A DNA stretch of 64,000 nucleotides, taken from sequence record MZ501268.1; one strand, written 5' to 3'. How positions within the stretch are numbered: position 1 is the stretch's first letter; every line of letters begins with the position of its first letter. The position numbers were made by a program, and so were the translations under genes. Shown here in pieces: positions 47,998 through 57,026 of the stretch. Under the pieces are notes generated by a model, which was not told where the DNA came from, did no database searches, and worked only from the letters and a program-made list of their open reading frames with translations.

Positions 47998-48435
47998 ATG
48001 ACTGATAAAATTAAAGTTGTTATCCTGAAAGACGATTCGTACGCATCTGCGGTGCTGTTCCTGCAGTCTGTTGCTGAAACCACTGACGCTGAACTGGATG
48101 CTAAATTACAGAACATCATCACCAATGCCAAGCCACCGAAGGTTCATGCGTTCGTGGCTAACCTGACAAAGATTGGGCTGGGGTCAATCCCGTGCTCTAA
48201 TATCGTCACCATGGAGTATGTTGTATCGTCCAATCATACTGGTGCAGCCAAACAACTGGCCCGCGAGGTCCTGAAAGATCCGTTCTTTAAACGGGCACAG
48301 CATGCCGATTCATGGACCGTGGCGTTGGCGATGTTAAACAATGAAGATTGGAAAGGACTGCAAACCATCGACCTCATGGAGAACCGTCCGTTCCTGACCA
48401 TTGATCTGACAGGTGAGTCATGTCCAACGAACTAG
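47998..48435 (+). CDS. hypothetical protein
   Basis: ATG after GAGGAG. Confidence 0.6.
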   Translation: MTDKIKVVILKDDSYASAVLFLQSVAETTDAELDAKLQNIITNAKPPKVHAFVANLTKIGLGSIPCSNIVTMEYVVSSNHTGAAKQLAREVLKDPFFKRAQHADSWTVALAMLNNEDWKGLQTIDLMENRPFLTIDLTGESCPTN

Positions 48436-48713
48436 CGGTACGCTTTGATGATCCAGCCTCTCTTGAATATAAAGAGATCATGGATAAGCTCAAGTTGTTA
48501 CTGGCCAGCGCACGTAATGATCGTGGCGCTAAACCAAACAGTATGGTCCGGGCGTTCTGTGTATCACAGGCTGCGAAAGCTGTACACCAAACTAACATCA
48601 ATATCCTTGATCACATTCGTCGTAAGGTGCTGTCCGCAGCCGAGGCTTATAAAGCCATCGAAACTTACGACGCGTTATGGTCAGGTGAATTGGAAATCAA
48701 TACCATCAGTTAA
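48420..48713 (+). CDS. hypothetical protein
   Basis: AGGTGA RBS, overlaps the upstream gene. Confidence 0.55.
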   Translation: MSNELAVRFDDPASLEYKEIMDKLKLLLASARNDRGAKPNSMVRAFCVSQAAKAVHQTNINILDHIRRKVLSAAEAYKAIETYDALWSGELEINTIS

Positions 48714-48724
48714 GGATATCCGTC

Positions 48725-49711
48725 ATGGCACAAGTTGTTGAGTTACTTCCTGGGATGAATCACCATCCTGCGTACCCGGGTATCTGGGTGCCGTTTCGCA
48801 GTTACCGTATGAAAGACCGTTATGACATCAAGTTAAAGACAGGAGAGATCTATCGTTACTATTATCCTAACGGCGGGTCATTCGCTAAATGGACAGCTGC
48901 ACACGACGGCCCTGATCGCGTTAAAGATGACGAGATTGCTGAGATCCGTCTGCTGCCTGATGATGAAATCACAGAGCAGTACTTCCACCGTGGTGCAGAA
49001 CGTATTGAACGTAACCTGCGGATGTTCGGTGATGTGATTCCAAAAGTTGAAGTGGCTGAAGATGGCACGGTAACGTTCATTCCGATCACTCGCCGTATCT
49101 TTGATGAGATGGTGGTAAGTAGCTGGTCAGGTGAACCGGGGATGTGGATGTTGCCAGAAGAGATGACAGTTGAAGAACTGAAGGCCGAGCTTGAGCAAGG
49201 TAAAGGTGACATCGATCCATATTCACCGGTCGGCACTAGCCTGCACAATTACCTGAGCTTACTCTGCAAACAAGCCAAGTACGTGCTGTCACTGCTGGAG
49301 GTTCCTTGGGAGGGACGTACCTTCCATTTCAATCTGGAGCACCCAACTGACTATCAACGCAGCGCCTGTCTGAATGCAGTGCTCCTGCTTGAAGGAATGG
49401 CTGCTACACAGAAAGAGAAAGATGCGGGTGAGCAGAAAGAAGCAAGCCTGGTTGATGAACTTGGGTTCACGCCAAGTGGTAAATCGGCCAGACGCAGCAT
49501 CGCACTTACTACTCTGACTGCCCAGCTGGCTGCTGCCGTGGACCGTAAGATCCCGGGTGGTGGCAAGTACGAGAAGGACGACCGTTATATCACCAAGGCG
49601 GAAGCCCGTGTTATCGACGGTAAGAAACTCACTGGTAAACAGCTGCGCAAGCTTCGTAAGAAACAAAACAAGCAAACGCGTTATGTGGAGACAGTTGATG
49701 GAACTGAATAA
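48725..49711 (+). CDS. hypothetical protein with basic C-terminus
   Basis: 328 aa, AAGGA RBS; ends LRKLRKKQNKQ. Confidence 0.6.
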   Translation: MAQVVELLPGMNHHPAYPGIWVPFRSYRMKDRYDIKLKTGEIYRYYYPNGGSFAKWTAAHDGPDRVKDDEIAEIRLLPDDEITEQYFHRGAERIERNLRMFGDVIPKVEVAEDGTVTFIPITRRIFDEMVVSSWSGEPGMWMLPEEMTVEELKAELEQGKGDIDPYSPVGTSLHNYLSLLCKQAKYVLSLLEVPWEGRTFHFNLEHPTDYQRSACLNAVLLLEGMAATQKEKDAGEQKEASLVDELGFTPSGKSARRSIALTTLTAQLAAAVDRKIPGGGKYEKDDRYITKAEARVIDGKKLTGKQLRKLRKKQNKQTRYVETVDGTE

Positions 49712-50123
49712 AACTCACGTGATTTCGCCAGAGATAATGTTGGCACTCGAAGACCCTAACAACGAATTGGTTGTAGGCATGTCTCACGAGCTGGTATTCA
49801 TTCTAGAACGTAAACTGCCGGCAGGTCATGAGATTAAAGTTACAGCTCATTTGTTAATTCCGATTGAGGGGTACGGTACATTCCAAAAAGAATTCACCTG
49901 CACCGGAATGATGAATTTGGATGATCCTTTAAGTCTTGATACTAAAGACTCTGTCTCGGTTATTTTCCATGGCTCAAAGTCGGATGATCGTATTAAAATC
50001 AGCGGTCCGGTAGGCTGGTCTGTTTCTTCGAACACACCCGTGGAAAAGATCGAAGTGTTCGAAGTCGAACTCCTCATGCGAAATACGGTAGAAGGAACCA
50101 TTACCGAAATCAATGTGCAATAA
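49698..50123 (+). CDS. hypothetical protein
   Basis: ATG after GGAG. Confidence 0.55.
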   Translation: MELNKTHVISPEIMLALEDPNNELVVGMSHELVFILERKLPAGHEIKVTAHLLIPIEGYGTFQKEFTCTGMMNLDDPLSLDTKDSVSVIFHGSKSDDRIKISGPVGWSVSSNTPVEKIEVFEVELLMRNTVEGTITEINVQ

Positions 50124-50125
50124 CC

Positions 50126-50365
50126 ATGACAAACAGTAATGTTTATCGGGTATCTGAAAAGGATCCGTTAGCACATGTCGACCGGGTCGGCATTATTATA
50201 GCGAGCTCCGCACAAGAAGCCATTGATCTGTTCGTCAGCAAGGTCAATGATGGAATCGCGCTCAAACGGGGTGCTGAGGTTAAGGTGTGTGTTTATACCG
50301 AGCGTCAGCATAAGTCCCGTGTATTAAGCTGGCACATTGTAGGATATGGAGCCACTGATGACTGA
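50126..50365 (+). CDS. hypothetical protein
   Basis: 79 aa, tiled in operon. Confidence 0.55.
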   Translation: MTNSNVYRVSEKDPLAHVDRVGIIIASSAQEAIDLFVSKVNDGIALKRGAEVKVCVYTERQHKSRVLSWHIVGYGATDD

Positions 50366-50684
50366 TGATATCATTGAACCCTTTCATGTAAATGAAGGGC
50401 AGGTTACTGACGTTTGGTATGTTGCCAGTGACATCAATCATGCACGTGAGCAGTACGAACACTTTGTTGAAAATCATTCACACCACGGAATCTCTGAAGG
50501 TGAAAACCAATGGGAACAAGTGTGTCGTGAAGCAGAACTTGAAGATCAGGAATACCCGGCGATACTGGTGTTCTATTTAAACTTCGATCATGCCGATCGT
50601 CACGAGTGTCGTATTGCGCCATTAAGTGGTGCTTTACTTGCCACACCTCCTGAGCTTATTGCTCATTATCAATTAACCAATTAA
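50358..50684 (+). CDS. acidic hypothetical protein
   Basis: GGAG RBS, overlaps the upstream stop. Confidence 0.55.
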   Translation: MTDDIIEPFHVNEGQVTDVWYVASDINHAREQYEHFVENHSHHGISEGENQWEQVCREAELEDQEYPAILVFYLNFDHADRHECRIAPLSGALLATPPELIAHYQLTN

Positions 50685-50693
50685 GGACAGTCC

Positions 50694-50984
50694 ATGTCAT
50701 TTACACTTTCGAAGAAACTGGTTCCACTGCTCATCGCTGCCAAAGATGGCCGTCAGTACGCAACCGTGAAAGGCGGTAACCGTGCGAAGCTGGTACTGGG
50801 TTTTGACGACGATGTTACGCAAGAGATCGCTGTGCCGTCTGAAGTCATCCCGGAAGAAGCCCGCACCAATGGCACCAAGCTGTACTTTGATGCAGAAGGC
50901 GCGGTAACAGGCTGGGATGCAGTTGTTCAGAAAACTCAGGGCAGCAGCACCGGTGGTTCTATCACCATGCGTAAAGCAGGCTGA
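50694..50984 (+). CDS. hypothetical protein
   Basis: AAGGA RBS, followed by a terminator. Confidence 0.65.
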   Translation: MSFTLSKKLVPLLIAAKDGRQYATVKGGNRAKLVLGFDDDVTQEIAVPSEVIPEEARTNGTKLYFDAEGAVTGWDAVVQKTQGSSTGGSITMRKAG

Positions 50985-50994
50985 TAACCTAACA

Positions 50995-51022
50995 GGGGGA
51001 GGGTGATCCTCCCCTTATGCCG
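50995..51022 (+). terminator. hairpin terminator with TTATGCCG tail
   Basis: GGGGAGG-GTGAT-CCTCCCC-TTATGCCG. Confidence 0.8.
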
Positions 51023-51034
51023 TTTGGAGGGGTT

Positions 51035-51568
51035 ATGACATTAGTGGTCTATCGTGATGGGATACTGGCAGGGGATCGTCGGGGTTCACGCAACGCAGCG
51101 GGATGTGAAATGATCCGTGACATGCAGAAGGTGTTTGTCTCTAAATGCAGACGTCTGGCAGTGGCAGTGGCGGGTGAGGCGATCCATGATAAAGACCTAC
51201 CTGGGGTGATGGAGTTTTTCTTAGGTTCGTTGACGGATCATTACTACCGTGAGCACGATATGGATTATCTGCAGGAGTACACGCTGGATGATGCTATCCG
51301 GATGCGCATGACCAATCGACATTACCTGCTAATGACTCAAGACCGTCTCTTTGTAATTAATGAAGGGAAGTTGGTTGACCTGGAGGGTGAGCCTTGGTAT
51401 TGCATTGGTAATGGGTTGGTCATGGCAGACATCTTCTTGACAGACGGGATGGGTGCGGTTAAGACCATCAAAGAAGTGGCCAAGCTTTCTTTAGAAGTCG
51501 GGTCGACCTTTAACCGGGTAGTGCAGGCGTTATTGAAACCTTTGATTAAGAAGGTGGAGGTAGTATGA
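51035..51568 (+). CDS. HslV/proteasome-beta-like Ntn peptidase
   Basis: ATG after GGAGG gives N-terminal Thr; (M)TLVVY..LAGD..QKV..VAG and YCIGNG parallel HslV T1/D17/K33 and the GSG loop. Confidence 0.6.
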   Translation: MTLVVYRDGILAGDRRGSRNAAGCEMIRDMQKVFVSKCRRLAVAVAGEAIHDKDLPGVMEFFLGSLTDHYYREHDMDYLQEYTLDDAIRMRMTNRHYLLMTQDRLFVINEGKLVDLEGEPWYCIGNGLVMADIFLTDGMGAVKTIKEVAKLSLEVGSTFNRVVQALLKPLIKKVEVV

Positions 51569-52077
51569 GTATCGTTGCAATAAGCGGGAACAATATCGTT
51601 TATGCGGATCAGTTTGAAAAAGGCTCGGGGTTGTACTTCACACCGTCACCAGAATCCTACTGGTTACCGTGCGGGCGTTACTTCCCATTGTCGTTCAGTG
51701 GTTTTAACTTGATCGAGCATTTTGTCTTATGCGAGCAACTAGGGTCAGAGAGTTCTTACCAGACACATGTCCTGGGTATATTGGTGACGCCTAAGAAACT
51801 TGTGTATGAATACATCAACACCTACGAGGGTATCAGACGTCGAGTGATCCCAATGGGCCCAGGAACGCGCTACTGTCGTTCTGCTGACATGCAATTAGAA
51901 GAAGCGATGACGGCGGCAATGGCAATCAAGTCCGAGTTAGTGGATGCGATGAACTTGGTGGCCAAATCCCGTAAGCTGCTTTTAAATGCGTACAAGTATA
52001 CAACACTGCACAAAGTATATGACGAGATGGCTAAAAGAAATATCACTCTGCAGCCGCCGAGTTTCGCACGGGAATAA
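51565..52077 (+). CDS. possible Ntn-fold paralog
   Basis: (M)SIVAI..VYAD start and C-terminal AMTAAM..LVDAMNLVAK helix pair parallel to the upstream gene. Confidence 0.4.
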   Translation: MSIVAISGNNIVYADQFEKGSGLYFTPSPESYWLPCGRYFPLSFSGFNLIEHFVLCEQLGSESSYQTHVLGILVTPKKLVYEYINTYEGIRRRVIPMGPGTRYCRSADMQLEEAMTAAMAIKSELVDAMNLVAKSRKLLLNAYKYTTLHKVYDEMAKRNITLQPPSFARE

Positions 52078-52117
52078 AGAACCATTTTAATTTAACCCTG
52101 TCCATAAAAGGAAACTT

Positions 52118-52570
52118 ATGAACAACTATGCCGACGACGCTTTAGACATTATTGAACTTAACGAAAACAGTGCATTAACCGAGCTATGTCGCAAACAGGA
52201 AGCGACACTCCCAAATTACATCCTGAAGTTAGCCACGAAGTTAACCAAGGTTATTAAGAAAGCATTCCACATGAAAGGGGTGCGCAATGAAGATTTTGTT
52301 CGTCTTGGCGAGTGTAGTGATCGTTGGATATTTTGTCTTGGCAACCGTATCAGCCGTTTTGCGGTTCATACGTCAGGTCGCGATGCAGTCTATATTACAC
52401 TGGACTGGGCTGAGTTTATTCGTGATCACAAGTTACATGCTGTGGCAAACCGACTACTGGAGATGGTTCTTTCCAAGCTGCATCCTGGTTATCGGGTATT
52501 GCTTCATGGCGAAACGTTCAAACACGAACATGAATTCCTCATCAAAAAATTAAAGCCGATAAGTGAGTAA
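52118..52570 (+). CDS. hypothetical protein
   Basis: AAGGA RBS. Confidence 0.6.
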   Translation: MNNYADDALDIIELNENSALTELCRKQEATLPNYILKLATKLTKVIKKAFHMKGVRNEDFVRLGECSDRWIFCLGNRISRFAVHTSGRDAVYITLDWAEFIRDHKLHAVANRLLEMVLSKLHPGYRVLLHGETFKHEHEFLIKKLKPISE

Positions 52571-52573
52571 CTC

Positions 52574-53368
52574 ATGATTAACATGTATGCAGTAACCAAT
52601 TTACGGTATGTTCCACCGGGTGATCTCTACAGCATCTGGATCATTGCAGCAAAAGACCCTGCCAACGCTGTTGCACTGGCCGGTGTCGGGATGACAGTCG
52701 ATTTGAAGCTGTTGGGTGTCGCTTACACTGATGAGATGGTCATTAGCAAAAAGGACATTGAATCGCCGTTTGAACCACGTGTGCGTGAAGAGGTTGTTAC
52801 AGAAACCTATCACCCCTTAATGGATGGTTACAGTCAAGCGCGCTATCATGCCCTGCTGGCAAAGATTGAAAGTCTGGCTAACCGTAAGCTGGGGCTGGGG
52901 TCGAGCGTTGCTGTGGATAAGATCTATATTCACTCATCTCGCCCCGAGGTCATGCTGGATATCTCAGGTGATCAGTTTGGGTCATCGCGTGCCTTCTATC
53001 CGTTATCAGAAAAAGGTGCAGCCGAGATGCGTGATGTGGATAACTCACCTTTTGAGTTTGACTTAACCAAATCAATCGAAGTTAAACGGCGTGTGATGGT
53101 GCCGTTGGATTTGTCATGGCGATCCCGACTATCCCGTTATGTACAAGCCGCTAACCGCGATAAATCCGTAGCTGAGCAATTGGCTTTATATTGGATGTTG
53201 GCCTTTAAACTGATCCGTGATGCACAAGAAATTGACCTGACTGAGACGATCACACCAGACCCATGCCTGCCTGACTTTACCATGGTGGTGCCAGGTGGCG
53301 ATGATACCATGATACACCAGGTATTGGATCGCATGGGTATTCCGCGTAAGGTTGATGCAGCCCATTGA
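52574..53368 (+). CDS. hypothetical protein
   Basis: 264-aa ORF. Confidence 0.6.
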   Translation: MINMYAVTNLRYVPPGDLYSIWIIAAKDPANAVALAGVGMTVDLKLLGVAYTDEMVISKKDIESPFEPRVREEVVTETYHPLMDGYSQARYHALLAKIESLANRKLGLGSSVAVDKIYIHSSRPEVMLDISGDQFGSSRAFYPLSEKGAAEMRDVDNSPFEFDLTKSIEVKRRVMVPLDLSWRSRLSRYVQAANRDKSVAEQLALYWMLAFKLIRDAQEIDLTETITPDPCLPDFTMVVPGGDDTMIHQVLDRMGIPRKVDAAH

Positions 53369-53566
53369 AATTATTGCCTATTATATAGGTTGTAACTCAA
53401 TGGGATGGTGATCTCTTTATCTTCCTCGGGTGAGGGTTAGAACCCGGCTGTGGCTGCATAGCCAAAGTCGGTCAACCAAAGTCGACGGATTTAGGTTGAC
53501 TGGCGGACTTGTCATTGTTTCACTTTGCTCTTTCTACACAAACAGCTCAACTCTCTCATAATCCAA

Positions 53567-53595
53567 GGGGTGAGGTAACTCACCCCTTTATGCCG
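53567..53595 (+). terminator. hairpin terminator with TTTATGCCG tail
   Basis: GGGGTGAG-GTAA-CTCACCCC-TTTATGCCG. Confidence 0.8.
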
Positions 53596-53607
53596 CAAGG
53601 ATTTATA

Positions 53608-53931
53608 ATGGCCGCTTTTCTTAAAGAGTATATCCACTGGATTTTCTACTTGTTTATGTTCGTGATGTGTTTTATCTGGGCCTATGCAGGCAACGGGGGT
53701 TCTCACACCAGTAAACGCCTCTGGGTAAAGTACGGTATGCCGATTGGTTTTGGTGCATTCGCCTGTCTGCTGATCTACGCCGGGGATTGCTACGCCACCC
53801 ATTCTGAGCGCCAAGAGTGTCGGGAGCTGCCCGCGAAAGCAGAAGGTAAGTTAATCAACGGGAAGTGTTATCAGCTGATTGAAGGTCCGGTGTATGTCAG
53901 AAACAACACCGAGGTCTACCGACTGAAGTAA
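53608..53931 (+). CDS. small two-TM membrane protein
   Basis: ATG after AAGGA; two hydrophobic helices and a Cys-containing C-terminus. Confidence 0.6.
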   Translation: MAAFLKEYIHWIFYLFMFVMCFIWAYAGNGGSHTSKRLWVKYGMPIGFGAFACLLIYAGDCYATHSERQECRELPAKAEGKLINGKCYQLIEGPVYVRNNTEVYRLK

Positions 53932-53940
53932 AGGTGTCAC

Positions 53941-54129
53941 ATGACCGTGAATCAACTTACCTTCTGTGTTTTTGTGGTAGCCAGTCTGGCATGCTATGTC
54001 ACTACTCCTTATCCAACAGGGGTTACTCGTACCGCCAGGCTGTTTAACTCCGTATGCTTTGGCGTGGCGATGACTATCCTGGTGTTTGGGTGTGACCTGT
54101 ACGCACGCTATATTGCACCAACTACCTAA
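53941..54129 (+). CDS. small two-TM membrane protein
   Basis: 62 aa, AAGGTG RBS. Confidence 0.55.
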   Translation: MTVNQLTFCVFVVASLACYVTTPYPTGVTRTARLFNSVCFGVAMTILVFGCDLYARYIAPTT

Positions 54130-54138
54130 TCACACAAA

Positions 54139-54166
54139 GGAGGGCTTCGGCTCTCCTTTTATGCCG
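54139..54166 (+). terminator. hairpin terminator with TTTTATGCCG tail
   Basis: GGAGGGC-TTCG-GCTCTCC-TTTTATGCCG; hairpin identical to the one at 5284. Confidence 0.8.
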
Positions 54167-54232
54167 TCTTTTCTTTTTGTTCTTTCCAACATCGGCTAAC
54201 TAATCTTTTAGCTGACTATAAAAGGATAACCT

Positions 54233-54781
54233 ATGGACCCGGTAACAAGTGCGAGTATTCTCAGTAGACTGAAAGAAGTTAGTGGGGAAAAGAGAGAGGG
54301 TCAACGGAAGGGCATTGATACGATATGTCGAACGATGATTCGTAATCTTGAAGCGGTCGTCAAATTAATTGAAATAAGTGGCGACCTGAGTATCAACCTG
54401 CTTGATACAGGCGCCGTCAATTCAATACTCGAGCCCTATTGTGAAACTAACAGGGATGACGGGTATCAAATAAGTCACGCTGCCGCAACGATAGGTATGA
54501 AAACGCTTACGGGCAGTGCGCGTATTTATTCCCATCCTGAGACCGGGGAAGAAGCTGTTCGTATTGTCACCCTCTTCCAATTTGAACGGGAGTTCATTTC
54601 ACCCGAACTGTTACCAGAAGTATTGGAAGCATTTAAACAAGCCGTGTGGTGGAATGGTCAGTTTGACATGATTAGTGTTCACCGCGAACCTGGAGGGCCC
54701 GGCATCGTCCGTATTGAAGACGGTCGTTGGGATATCAGTACTGCTGTCCGTGATAATTCAATTATAATTACATTAACTTAA
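54233..54781 (+). CDS. hypothetical protein
   Basis: 182 aa, AAGGA RBS. Confidence 0.6.
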   Translation: MDPVTSASILSRLKEVSGEKREGQRKGIDTICRTMIRNLEAVVKLIEISGDLSINLLDTGAVNSILEPYCETNRDDGYQISHAAATIGMKTLTGSARIYSHPETGEEAVRIVTLFQFEREFISPELLPEVLEAFKQAVWWNGQFDMISVHREPGGPGIVRIEDGRWDISTAVRDNSIIITLT

Positions 54782-54795
54782 TAAGAGGAACCAAA

Positions 54796-55497
54796 ATGAT
54801 TATTGGTGTTGTTGACGCTGAATCTACTGACCTGGTTGACAGTGCGGGTCTGTTTACCATTTCCGGCATTATCATGAATGTCACTGATCTGGCTGACATC
54901 GAAAAGCAGATTGCTGATTACAAAGCGGGTAAGCGCCCTGAGGGCTGTGTGCATGTGGTGTTAAACATCACAGAACAGTATCTGCTGGGTCGTACCTTCT
55001 TAGCCAGTACACAAGCCTGGTGGGTGAAGAAAACCACGCCTGCTGCTCGTGCGGCGATCCTTGAGCAACCAACCCCATTGAAAGAAGCCATGGAGTTGTA
55101 TGCGGCGTTCATTCAAAAGCTCATTGATCTTTCTAAAGAAGAGCGTGGACCAAATGCATTGGTTAACCTGTATTACCGTGGTGACTTCGACGGCCGTGCT
55201 ATTGCTTCATTGGCAAAAGCCACCGGGGTGCAGTTGCCGTCAGGGTATCGTTCTAACAAAGAGATCCGTACCTATATCGATGCCAAGCTCGATACCGATA
55301 TCGGCTACATTCCATGGCTGGGTTACCCGGCTGGCCTTGAGCGTCATAACTCCTTAGAAGACGTCTTAATCGATGGCTTTGAAATGGCAGTGGCATGGCG
55401 TATCAACGATATGCAAAAGAACGCAGCAAAAGCAGTTGAAGCTGAAATTGCTAAGCTCTCGAAGAAATATCCACCTAAGGAGAATCAGCATGTATAA
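54796..55497 (+). CDS. DEDD 3'-5' exonuclease (RNase T/DnaQ fold)
   Basis: VVDAESTDL (ExoI), YRGDFDGRAI (ExoII), RHNSLEDV (ExoIII, DEDDh). Confidence 0.8.
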   Translation: MIIGVVDAESTDLVDSAGLFTISGIIMNVTDLADIEKQIADYKAGKRPEGCVHVVLNITEQYLLGRTFLASTQAWWVKKTTPAARAAILEQPTPLKEAMELYAAFIQKLIDLSKEERGPNALVNLYYRGDFDGRAIASLAKATGVQLPSGYRSNKEIRTYIDAKLDTDIGYIPWLGYPAGLERHNSLEDVLIDGFEMAVAWRINDMQKNAAKAVEAEIAKLSKKYPPKENQHV

Positions 55498-56272
55498 AGA
55501 TCTGCCGTCGCCTGAAGATCAAGCACGTCTGGACTGGGTAACCACCAACACCCAACCATTATCAGAAAAGATCTTTGCCAATTTAGATGCGTGCCTGGAA
55601 ACCATCGATCATCACTTCAAACCTGATCATCGGTTGCAACTGGCTGAGCAAATCATCCCAGCTGAGCAGATGGGTAAGCTTGTAACCTGGATGGATCACA
55701 ATGCACATGTGGAAGGGTCATCAGTATATCTGATGGAACTGATCCCTGATGTTGACAAACCTCATCCTGCACAGGCAGAGATGCGTGTGTTTATTGCACT
55801 TGGTGTATTTGATCGTGTGGTTGATCCTAAAATGCCGTACTGGTGTCATGTACGTAATCACTACCCGGTCAGCCTCGGTGTGGATTTAATCATCACCGAT
55901 ATGCAGTGTGATCCGGTGACGCATGCTGTACTGACTACATTCAATGCGTTCGATCGTAATCGCACCTACAGTCGTGATTCGGGCGTTAAGCGCGAACACG
56001 ATAACCACCACAGTATCCGCACGGGTGTTGTTGACCATAGTGGTAACGTGATCTTCGAAGCGTACGGGAATATCAACCTGCACACTAAGAACGCTATCCG
56101 CCTGTTGGCTGAGCGACAGATCATGCAGGGAGATACTGAAGTATCAGCAGTGTGGTTACTGGCTGGTTTAAAAGCGGGTGTTAACTGGAAAGTCGAAGAC
56201 CATGTTGACATCATGAAAGCAATCGACACGTTCCGTCCGAGGAGCTCAAATGGCTATCACAGCGATGTTTAG
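55490..56272 (+). CDS. hypothetical protein
   Basis: ATG after AAGGAG. Confidence 0.6.
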   Translation: MYKDLPSPEDQARLDWVTTNTQPLSEKIFANLDACLETIDHHFKPDHRLQLAEQIIPAEQMGKLVTWMDHNAHVEGSSVYLMELIPDVDKPHPAQAEMRVFIALGVFDRVVDPKMPYWCHVRNHYPVSLGVDLIITDMQCDPVTHAVLTTFNAFDRNRTYSRDSGVKREHDNHHSIRTGVVDHSGNVIFEAYGNINLHTKNAIRLLAERQIMQGDTEVSAVWLLAGLKAGVNWKVEDHVDIMKAIDTFRPRSSNGYHSDV

Positions 56273-57014
56273 AAAATGGTTTGGTGCGTCACGTCGTTTT
56301 AAAGAAGACGACGGGTCTACTCGGGTAACTGGTCGTCAGTTCGAACTAACTTACGGCCGGTCATATCACCCTAAGCTTAAACGCAAGGTCGGTCATGGAT
56401 TTGGGTTCTATGTCGAGAACGGTGAGAAGCTGGAACTGGTCTGGCGATTCTACTGGTTCGTACTGATTGCCTGGGGCAAGAAGCACAAGTCACTGAAATG
56501 GGACGAAGCTGAGAATGCCCCGGTCTATGGCTTCAATGTGGTCGATTCTGATTTGGCTATCTATTTAGGTAATGAATCAGATAAATCAGGCAAGCACATC
56601 AGCATGCGCAGTCGCTCCAAATACATTCCATTGCCGTGGGCCTGGACCTTCCACAAACGTGAAGTGCTCACGACGGGCAGCGTGTGGATTGATCGCAAAG
56701 CAGAACCAGTTGCGCAGCAGTGGTCATTCCCAGCGACGTACACCACCAAGGCCGGTGAAGTGCAAGAACTGATGATCGAAGCAAAGATGGAACGTGCTAG
56801 CTGGCGTTTGGCTTGGTTTCCTTGGTTCTCTCCGGTTACCAAAAAGAACCGTGTGGCTGAATACAAGTACGGCGGCAATGGCGGGAACGGTGTGGGTCAT
56901 GATGCCAGTGGCTGGAAAGGCGGGGTAATTGGTGGCAGCATTACCATGCGTGATACCGAACACAACCCTAAAGAAACATTCGACCGTTTGATCAAAGAGC
57001 ATCATTACGGTTAA
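56250..57014 (+). CDS. hypothetical protein (W/G-rich)
   Basis: 254 aa, GAGGAG RBS; SGWKGG motif. Confidence 0.6.
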   Translation: MAITAMFRKWFGASRRFKEDDGSTRVTGRQFELTYGRSYHPKLKRKVGHGFGFYVENGEKLELVWRFYWFVLIAWGKKHKSLKWDEAENAPVYGFNVVDSDLAIYLGNESDKSGKHISMRSRSKYIPLPWAWTFHKREVLTTGSVWIDRKAEPVAQQWSFPATYTTKAGEVQELMIEAKMERASWRLAWFPWFSPVTKKNRVAEYKYGGNGGNGVGHDASGWKGGVIGGSITMRDTEHNPKETFDRLIKEHHYG

Positions 57015-57026
57015 GAAGGAAAAGCT

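Noticed and set aside
50950-56960. Identical GGSITMR heptapeptide in the 50694 and 56250 proteins
   Set aside because: DNA differs and flanks do not align; plausible by chance in Gly/Ser-rich sequence.
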